NCBI GenBank assembly: GCA_037133055.1 | Contig: JBAXOY010000021.1 | Coordinates: 1-32,875 of the forward strand | Direction of reading: 5' to 3' | Source of the DNA: Chlamydiota bacterium | GTDB taxonomy: Bacteria > Auribacterota > Tritonobacteria > UBA1439 | Length of the DNA: 32,875 bases | In this document: one piece after another, positions 26,768 to 32,875 of the stretch | Numbering within the stretch: the first letter of the stretch is position 1 | How the letters are laid out: each line of letters starts with the position of its first letter | The notes under the pieces: generated by a model | Database searches by the model: none | What the model was told of the DNA's origin: nothing | Seen by the model: only the letters and a program-made list of their open reading frames with translations | Translations under genes and position numbers: made by a program

Positions 26768-27321
26768 TGTGGTGGCCCCCCCTGTCGCGCGCGGGCGACA
26801 AGCGTTTCCCGCGCCCTCCTGATCCTCGAGCGCACCGTGTTGATGCTGATCCGGAGCGCCTCCGCGATCTCCCCGTAGCGCATCCCCTCCATCTCCCTGA
26901 GGACGATGCACGCCCGCTGGTCGGGGTTGAGCGCCTCCAGCATGGACCGGACGTGCGCCTGATTCCCCTCTTTCTCGATCGCCTCGCGCGTCGCGTTTCG
27001 CTCATCCTCAACCGCGATCCCGTCGTCGAACTCGACCTGCCGCGTCCGCCGCCGCGCCGTCTTCCTCGAAGTGCTTATCGCGCTGTTCACCGTGATCCGA
27101 TAAAGCCACGTGGTGAACGCCGACTCGAAACGAAAATTCCCGAGTTCCCTGTGGATCTTCAGGAATACGTCCTGCGCGACCTCCTCCGCGTCAGCCCTAT
27201 GGCCGGTTATCTTCAGGGCGATGGTGTATACGTAGTCGGCCGTCGCCCGGTAGATCTTCTCGAATGCGTCCGCATCCCCCCCCGACGCCTCTATGAGGAG
27301 TTCTTTCGGTAGCGGCTGCAT
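26764..27321 (-). CDS. ECF RNA polymerase sigma factor
   Basis: DAEEVAQDVFLK, FTTWLYRITVN, YGEIAEAL..SINTVRSRIRRAR. Confidence 0.95.
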   Translation of the reverse strand: MQPLPKELLIEASGGDADAFEKIYRATADYVYTIALKITGHRADAEEVAQDVFLKIHRELGNFRFESAFTTWLYRITVNSAISTSRKTARRRTRQVEFDDGIAVEDERNATREAIEKEGNQAHVRSMLEALNPDQRACIVLREMEGMRYGEIAEALRISINTVRSRIRRARETLVARARQGGPPQ

Positions 27322-27337
27322 GAATCCCTTTAGTATC

Positions 27338-27366
27338 TTAGACGCGGCGCGAAGGCTATAAGTTCC
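27338..27366 (-). promoter_or_regulatory. Autoregulatory ECF sigma promoter
   Basis: GGAACTT-N14-GCGTCTAA, 16 nt upstream of the sigma ATG. Confidence 0.8.
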
Positions 27367-27436
27367 CGCGGCCCCTCGGGCATCTTCCGGGGGCGCGGGC
27401 TGACCGCACTAGTATAGCACTCCGGGAGGAAGTTTC

Positions 27437-28072
27437 GTGGCGCTGGGCATTTTCGCTTTTCTCGGCGTCGGCGTTGTGCTGGGGCTGTCGGCGGGCCTCT
27501 CGCCGGGCCCGCTCCTCGCGCTGGTCGTCTCGCAGACCCTCGCGCACGGGGTCAGGGAGGGCGTAAAGGTCGCATTCGTGCCGCTCGTCACCGACCTCCC
27601 CGTCATCCTCATCGCCCTGTTCGTTCTGGCGTGATTCTCGGGTTCCCATCTCATCCTCGGAATGATCTCTGTCGCGGGGGGGCTGTTCCTGATGCGCCTC
27701 GCGTACCTGAACTTCCGCGCGCGCTCGCGCGAGGAGGAACTCCTCCGCGCCGATCCGAAGTCACTGCGGAAGGGCGTCGTCGTCAACCTGCTCAGCCCCA
27801 ATCCCTACCTGTTCTGGCTCACGGTCGGCGCGCCCACGATGATCAGGGGATGGGGCGAACGGCCGGCCGCGGCGTTCGCGTTCGCGGCGGGTTTTTACGT
27901 CTGCCTTGTGGGGGCGCAGGTCGCGGTGGCGGCATCGGCGTGGCACGCCGGCCGGTGGCTGACCGGTCACGGCTATCGGTATCTCATGCGCGGGCTCGGG
28001 GCGCTCCTCGCGGTCTACGGGCTGCTCCTGCTCAGGGGAGGGCTGACGCTCCTCAAGATTCTGCACGGGTGA
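27437..28072 (+). pseudogene. LysE/RhtB-family exporter interrupted by an in-frame TGA (27632-27634)
   Basis: N-terminal half SPGPLLALVVSQTL..G and C-terminal half KGVVVNLLSPNPYLFW are in the same frame (27437 and 27662 differ by 225 nt). Confidence 0.8.
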
Positions 28073-28102
28073 AGCGGGCCGGGCGGATGCGGGCGCCCGT
28101 AC

Positions 28103-29326
28103 CTATCGCCATCCGTAGTCGCCCCTCGTTCCGTACGCGGTGCCGTTGTCACGCGTGTACGGATCGGGGCACTCCGCGAGGGGCGGCTGGAAGTTGACCA
28201 TCCGGGGGAACGACCAAGGCTCCGTGCGCGTGGCGGCGGCGTAGAGCGCCTGGCTGAGATCGCCAGTCGGCGACTCCTCCCCCACCTGCCACACCATCAC
28301 CCCGGCCAGGCCGATCTCCCTGTACTCCGCGATCTTGGCGTCGATCGCCTCGGCATCGTTCACCCAGCGGCCGTCGACCGGGTGCTGTTTCTCCAGGTAG
28401 GAAACGTGCAGGCCCACGGAAGGCCAGTCGGCGTCGGCGCGCACGCTGTCCCACGAAGCGTAGTCAGTCACATAGAACGGGACCCCGCCCGTGATCTTGA
28501 AGAGATCGTACCCGTTGGCATAAAGGTAGCTGAACGCCCCCCGGACCGACCGCTCCACGGGCCCCTCGCTCCAGTAGAGCCACTGCGCGGTCCCGGGCGC
28601 CCGGAAAGGCCCGTTGGGCTGGGTTGCGTTATCCATGAAGTCATACCCCATGTGGTGTGCCATGTCGACGAGATCGGAGTTGACCACGCCGGCGCTTGGG
28701 CTCACCGGGAGGAAATACAGCGGGGCGAGGGTGACGGTGAAGAGCGCGCCCGGGCGCGCGGCCTTGACGGCCTGCGCGAGGTCCAGGATCAACTGGTCGA
28801 CGTTGTCCCGCTGGAGTGCGGTGATTGTTCCGACATCGGGGTACCACCACCCCTCGAAGTTTGCGTCCACGCCGTCGTAGTCGTTATTGGTGACGAAGGC
28901 GAGCGCGTTGGAGATGAAGTTCGCCTTCGCGTCGGGATCGGCGGCGATATCGACGTACACCTTGTATGAGACCGTGGAGCCTCCGATCGAGACCAGGACC
29001 TTGGATCCCGCGGCCTGAGCCTCGTGGATGCGCTGGATGACGAAAGAATCCGAAGCGTCCACCCAGTCGATGGCGCCGCTGGCATCGGGGACTCCGAAGG
29101 TGGTGATGATGTGCGTGTACGTAAGGTTGAAAAGTTGGGGGTAATTCTTCCACGGCTGGGAGACCGAGGCGTTGATGTACCCGACGCGCAGGAACTCGGC
29201 GCCGGTGACGCGCGCGGATGCACAAAGGAGCAGGAGGATGGCGAGAAGGCACACCCGGCACAGTGCTCCATCCCGTGGGAATAACGCATACGTCGCCTTG
29301 ACCGGCGATGCCCGGGAGGCGCCCAT
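28103..29326 (-). CDS. Secreted glycoside hydrolase family 18 (chitinase-like) protein
   Basis: YTHI, KVLVSIGG, YDGVDANFE, MGYD, GVPFY, GLAGVMVW. Start uncertain. Confidence 0.85.
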   Translation of the reverse strand: MGASRASPVKATYALFPRDGALCRVCLLAILLLLCASARVTGAEFLRVGYINASVSQPWKNYPQLFNLTYTHIITTFGVPDASGAIDWVDASDSFVIQRIHEAQAAGSKVLVSIGGSTVSYKVYVDIAADPDAKANFISNALAFVTNNDYDGVDANFEGWWYPDVGTITALQRDNVDQLILDLAQAVKAARPGALFTVTLAPLYFLPVSPSAGVVNSDLVDMAHHMGYDFMDNATQPNGPFRAPGTAQWLYWSEGPVERSVRGAFSYLYANGYDLFKITGGVPFYVTDYASWDSVRADADWPSVGLHVSYLEKQHPVDGRWVNDAEAIDAKIAEYREIGLAGVMVWQVGEESPTGDLSQALYAAATRTEPWSFPRMVNFQPPLAECPDPYTRDNGTAYGTRGDYGWR

Positions 29327-29482
29327 ATCGACCCCCGCTGTACTTATTATATCTGTACCATACCCATTGCCTCTTCGTCAAACGTTGGAAGAATAGGGTG
29401 TAGAATAGTGGTTGCGGTGTGCCTGCGAAAACGCTACTATTCAATCAAGTAACTCGGGTTCATGCCTGAAGGGAGGAGACAG

Positions 29483-29794
29483 ATGCATTTTCGGCGAGCA
29501 TCAGCGGGCTGGTACCGGGGCAGTATCCTCGGCATGGCGCTGCTGGGTGCGGCGGCGTGCAGCGTGAGCGGGTGCAGGTCATCCGCGCCACCCCCGGTCA
29601 TTCCCGCCATCAGGGAACAAACCTCATCCACCACGGGGGTCCCACTGACAGGGCAGGAGAGGGTGATCAAGGAAACCACGATAATCAAGGAGAAGGAATC
29701 CCACAGCCTCCTGGGGCTGATGTTCAGCAAGATCGGGGATATCGTGGCGCTTCCCTTCAAGCTGATCGCCCTGGTGTTCGACACCGTGTTCTGA
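29483..29794 (+). CDS. Small putative lipoprotein
   Basis: GGAGG RBS; lipobox-like VSGC; amphipathic C-terminus IGDIVALPFKLI. Confidence 0.65.
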   Translation: MHFRRASAGWYRGSILGMALLGAAACSVSGCRSSAPPPVIPAIREQTSSTTGVPLTGQERVIKETTIIKEKESHSLLGLMFSKIGDIVALPFKLIALVFDTVF

Positions 29795-29850
29795 GCGCCG
29801 TTCTTCCCGACATTCTCCGCACGGATTGTGATCGCCATCTCTACGGCTGG

Positions 29851-30246
29851 CTACGCGCCGGGGAGGTGCTTCTCCAGTTCCCTGCGGATGCTTGGCGGCA
29901 GCGGGGCTGGTCTTTTGTGCGCAAGGTCGACGTGCACGAGGACGACCTTCCCCGTCGCGCGGAGACTGCCGTCCTGCCACGCCTCCTGCGCCACATCGAA
30001 GGATGATTTTCCGATGCGGGAGACGAAGGACCTCACCTCGACGTCCCGCCCGTAAAAGAGCTCCCCTTTGTACTCGACCTCGAGCCTTGCCATGACCAGG
30101 TTCCATTTCTTCAGGTCGAGGCCCGGGTTGAATATCCGGTAGAGCGGGTTCCGCGCCCGCTCGAACCAGAGCGGGAGCGCCGTGTTGGTGATGTGCCCCA
30201 TCCCGTCCGCATCGCCGAATCGCGGTTCTATCGTCTTCGTATACAT
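29851..30246 (-). CDS. Hot-dog-fold acyl-CoA thioesterase (4HBT/YbgC-like)
   Basis: PRFGDADGMGHITN, WFERAR, IGKSSF. Confidence 0.92.
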   Translation of the reverse strand: MYTKTIEPRFGDADGMGHITNTALPLWFERARNPLYRIFNPGLDLKKWNLVMARLEVEYKGELFYGRDVEVRSFVSRIGKSSFDVAQEAWQDGSLRATGKVVLVHVDLAHKRPAPLPPSIRRELEKHLPGA

Positions 30247-30320
30247 GGAGTTAGCGCCCCTTATCCTAATCTCATAGGGTAGACTTTAGTCCGCCCTATG
30301 GCAATGATAGCATCATTACT

Positions 30321-30349
30321 TTGCCGCCCCCCACCCTCTTTGTTATACT
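30321..30349 (+). promoter_or_regulatory. Sigma70 promoter for tRNA-Asn
   Basis: TTGCCG-N17-TATACT with extended -10 TG at 30341-30342. Confidence 0.7.
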
Positions 30350-30407
30350 AATGCTGTTCTTTGACATCCGCTTTTTACTGGAAACGAGTAACGAGCAACT
30401 GTTGTAT

Positions 30408-30862
30408 TCCCCGGTAGCTCAGTTGGTAGAGCAGGTGGCTGTCAACTTTCGCCTCCGGCGAAAGTTGATCTCGAGCACGCCGTCAGGCGAGCGAGAGATC
30501 TTCACTTTGAACCGGAGTCGAATCAAATGGCAGCCCCACGTGGAAACGCGTGGGTGAACAGCGGGCTAATTCAGGGAACTCTAACCCGAAGGGTTAGACC
30601 TCGAGCGCAGCGAGAGGCCTTTCCCTTCGGTACGACAATCCTGAGCGAAGCCTTGGCTCTTCGAGCCTCGGAACGTGCAGAGACTATACACCCGCTACCT
30701 AACTCCGGCGCCGCGCCTTTTTTTGTTTTCCGTAGGGCAGCCTTCAGGCTGCCCGCGGAAGGTCGGCGTCGGACACGGTAAAGAGAGAGTCCAGGCCTGG
30801 TGGAAACATCGGGGGTACCTGTAACCACCGTGCCGCAGGTTCGAGTCCTGCCCGGGGAGCCA
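30408..30862 (+). tRNA. tRNA-Asn(GUU) interrupted by a group I intron; exons 30408-30442 and 30822-30862
   Basis: Joined exons give a 76-nt cloverleaf: acceptor TCCCCGG/CCGGGGA, D arm GCTC/GAGC, anticodon stem GGTGG/CCACC with loop CT-GT|T-AA, T arm GCAGG-TTCGAGT-CCTGC, discriminator G and encoded CCA. Confidence 0.96.
30443..30821 (+). ncRNA. Group I intron (379 nt, no homing ORF, IC3-like)
   Basis: 5' exon ends in U and intron ends in G. IGS GCAGCC (30530-30535) pairs with exon GGCUGU including a U-G pair. P2 has a GAAA loop. P3 AGCGGG/CCCGCT; P AATTCAGGGAA (30568); Q AATCCTGAGC (30637); R GTGCAGAGACTATA (30675); S AAGAGAGAGTCC (30781); P9 with GAAA loop. Confidence 0.95.
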
Positions 30863-30903
30863 AAATAGAAAAGGCCCTCACATGAGGGCCTTTTCTATTT
30901 TGG
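30860..30903. terminator. Bidirectional intrinsic terminator after tRNA-Asn
   Basis: Perfect 21-bp inverted repeat CCAAAATAGAAAAGGCCCTCA-ca-TGAGGGCCTTTTCTATTTTGG. Confidence 0.88.
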
Positions 30904-30979
30904 GATTGAGCGAGGGCTGCGCACGCAGCCCGAGTCGAAATCCCTTCCGGGGCTGAAAGCGTCACATCTGTTATTCTTC

Positions 30980-31666
30980 CTATTCCAACACGGCAATAAT
31001 GTCTTTCTCTATAATTTCATCCAATCCCCGCCTTATCTTCTTCTGCCACTTATCGGGAATGGATTTAAATACGCGGTGGAGTATATCAGCCTCACCCTTG
31101 TCAATCAGTGCCCTTAGAATTCCAATCGCGGCATTTTTATCTTTCACTGCTTTATCTTCTTTCGCTCTTCGCTGAAATATAATCAACTTATGCAATGCAA
31201 AATTGGCCGGGTGAGGCACCGTTAGATAAAAACCTTCTATCCTGACCTTTATCGTATTATCGGTTAGAAAATTGAGAAATCGTAATGCGGTGGCGCTTAT
31301 CCCCAAGCCAGGAAGATTGTAGGGCTTATCCATGCCCCTGCCTTTTTCAGGCACGAGGAATTCCAGTATCAGGTCCGCATGAGCCAGTTTCATATAGCCC
31401 TTTTCTGCTTCCATTACTTTTACATAGCCAAGATCCTTGAGCATAAGAGGTATATTGACCTCAGTACGCAGCGTATGGGGGGCAGCAATAAGAAAATCCA
31501 TATCCCTCGTTTTTAGCGCGGTGTGGTCTATAAACGGCCGGGGAGCGAAATATTCCCTATAAAAGACGACACACCAGCTGCCGATAAGGATAAAGTCATT
31601 CAGGAGATGGGCCTTGTTGAACCTCCTGAGAACTTCATAACACAGATCATATTGCTTCTTTTCCAC
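30980..31666 (-). CDS. GSU2403-like nucleotidyltransferase-fold protein
   Basis: LIGSW, TRDMDF, EFLVP, VPHPANFALHKL, KAVKD. Confidence 0.8.
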   Translation of the reverse strand: MEKKQYDLCYEVLRRFNKAHLLNDFILIGSWCVVFYREYFAPRPFIDHTALKTRDMDFLIAAPHTLRTEVNIPLMLKDLGYVKVMEAEKGYMKLAHADLILEFLVPEKGRGMDKPYNLPGLGISATALRFLNFLTDNTIKVRIEGFYLTVPHPANFALHKLIIFQRRAKEDKAVKDKNAAIGILRALIDKGEADILHRVFKSIPDKWQKKIRRGLDEIIEKDIIAVLE

Positions 31667-31967
31667 GCAACGAACTCCTCAAGAACTTCACTTGTTTCTT
31701 GACCTGTGACAACAACTTCCGATATCTCGCCCTCATAAGCTTGGCATCCATATATCTCTTCTTTTCTTCCTCCGATACCTTGCCTTTATACTTGTACCCG
31801 ACTTTTGCGCCGACCCTTTTTACCAAATAGAAATACTCATGCCCCCCGATTTTTTTTGCAACAAGGCACCCCTGGGGCAGCTTGCGCAAGGCATTCTCGT
31901 ATTCCCTTTTCATCCGAAGAGAATTCTCCAACTCCTCAGCCAGGACACCTTTTATCACGCCTTTCAT
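31647..31967 (-). CDS. Small basic protein co-encoded with the nucleotidyltransferase
   Basis: 106 aa, K/R-rich, LPQGCLVAKKIGGHEYFYL; overlaps the NTase start by 20 bp. Confidence 0.8.
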   Translation of the reverse strand: MKGVIKGVLAEELENSLRMKREYENALRKLPQGCLVAKKIGGHEYFYLVKRVGAKVGYKYKGKVSEEEKKRYMDAKLMRARYRKLLSQVKKQVKFLRSSLRGKEAI

Positions 31968-32301
31968 ACACTCTCCGATTACCCAACATCACTATAAGCA
32001 GTGTAGCATGTTAGGTAATAGCGGTCAAAACTAATACTACCCAACATACTGATTATCTCGCCTCGATGTTGGATAACTGTCACTGCCCGGCACTCGGGAG
32101 CCCCGCTTCCCGACAGAAATACAATCTGTTTTCCGGCAACCACGCCGACACATATTTTGCTACCATGCGGCGATAGTCGTGAGTTCGATTCATGGAATAG
32201 GGATTGGCTATGTCCCTGAAGTTGTAAAGGATTTCTATCAATGAAAGACAACGCTCGAGATATATCATTATGGGTCAATAAAGAGGAATTCGCACTCTTG
32301 G

Positions 32302-32838
32302 ATGAAGCCTGTCTATTCGGAGCAGATGCTGACGAGAACCTTGATAATCCCGAAAAAAAAGGGCGGATATCGCATCTATTTTACATATGAAGAACTCGAC
32401 GATTTGGCCGGTTTCGTCGCAGCGGGCGCTAATCATGAAACGTCGCGCCGCAATCAGGAACGACGGGATAATCTATACGCTAAAATTGACAGCCTTCTGA
32501 AGTTCAATGACCCCACCAATTATCCGCCATGCTACCAAATTCAACAAGTTCAGCAGTGTACTCTGAGATATTTCATTTTTGACATCTGGATTGAGAGCGG
32601 AAAGGGCTATAAAGCCTCCTCAAGAGTCTTACGACGCATTCAAATCGCCGAGACGAAGAGCCTTTATAACTTCGCGAAGGTCATCACGCATGCCTTCGGC
32701 TTCTATTTCGACCACTGTTTCGGATTCTACGATAATTTCAAACGATATCACGATTCAAAAAAGGCCTACGAAGTATTCGTGGACATCGGGGAAGATCCTT
32801 TATCTCCCAACACTAAAGGCGTTGTAGCGCCCCGCTAA
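32302..32838 (+). pseudogene. pRiA4b ORF-3/TnpR-like domain protein, probably C-terminally truncated
   Basis: RRIQI....SLYNFAKVI..AFGF.FDH.FGF resembles the domain start. The expected downstream YDF/FDYGDxW motif is missing and the ORF ends within an IS-like end. Confidence 0.55.
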
Positions 32839-32875
32839 TTATGAGACAGATTTGACGGATAAATGGGTAACACTT
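32823..32875. mobile_element. Possible IS3-family terminal inverted repeat (element runs off the window)
   Basis: TGTAGCGCCCCGCTAATTATGAGACAG resembles the TG...GCCCC...GACA ends of IS3-family elements and coincides with the apparent truncation. No transposase is visible. Confidence 0.45.

Noticed and set aside
27632..27634. Genome-wide TGA recoding or selenocysteine
   Set aside because: TGA ends several clear genes (e.g. at 11000 and 16428); there is no convincing SECIS and no redox motif.
30935..30955. TCGAAATCCCTTCCGGGGC as a duplicated tRNA 3' end (att site)
   Set aside because: Similarity to TCGAGTCCTGCCCGGGGAGC is too degenerate and no integrase is in the window.
30321..30965. Short ORFs overlapping the tRNA and intron as a homing endonuclease
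   Set aside because: All are 85 aa or less, lack LAGLIDADG, HNH or GIY-YIG motifs, and overlap structured RNA.
31979..32278. Short minus-strand ORFs of 99 and 62 aa
   Set aside because: No recognisable motifs or clear RBS; probably intergenic or a decayed fragment.

Overview
High-GC bacterial chromosomal region. From left to right it holds: two paralogous large secreted proteins flanking an alpha/beta-hydrolase lipoprotein; an OmpR/CusR-type two-component pair; an ArnT-like glycosyltransferase; a TolC-MFP-CzcA/CusA RND efflux operon; an AsmA-like protein; a Cache-HAMP-SpoIIE-HATPase fusion; a small-protein/nucleotidyltransferase pair; methyltransferase, GIY-YIG and B12 radical SAM genes; an ECF sigma/anti-sigma/Spy/Met-Cys-rich operon with two matching ECF promoters; a LysE gene with an in-frame TGA; a GH18-like protein; and a thioesterase. 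The standout is a tRNA-Asn(GUU) gene (30408-30862) split inside its anticodon (position 35/36) by a 379-nt ORF-less group I intron. The P1, P3, P4, P7 and omega-G elements can be read directly, and the peripheral loops carry REP-like hairpins. Past the tRNA terminator the DNA becomes visibly AT-richer, with a second nucleotidyltransferase module and a gene apparently cut by an IS3-like end. Other unexplained structure includes a nested palindromic insertion in frame within the MFP gene, a roughly 10-bp-phased repeat cluster at 23.7-23.9 kb, and a candidate response-regulator operator before the ArnT-like gene. All family assignments come from motif recognition only; no searches were run.
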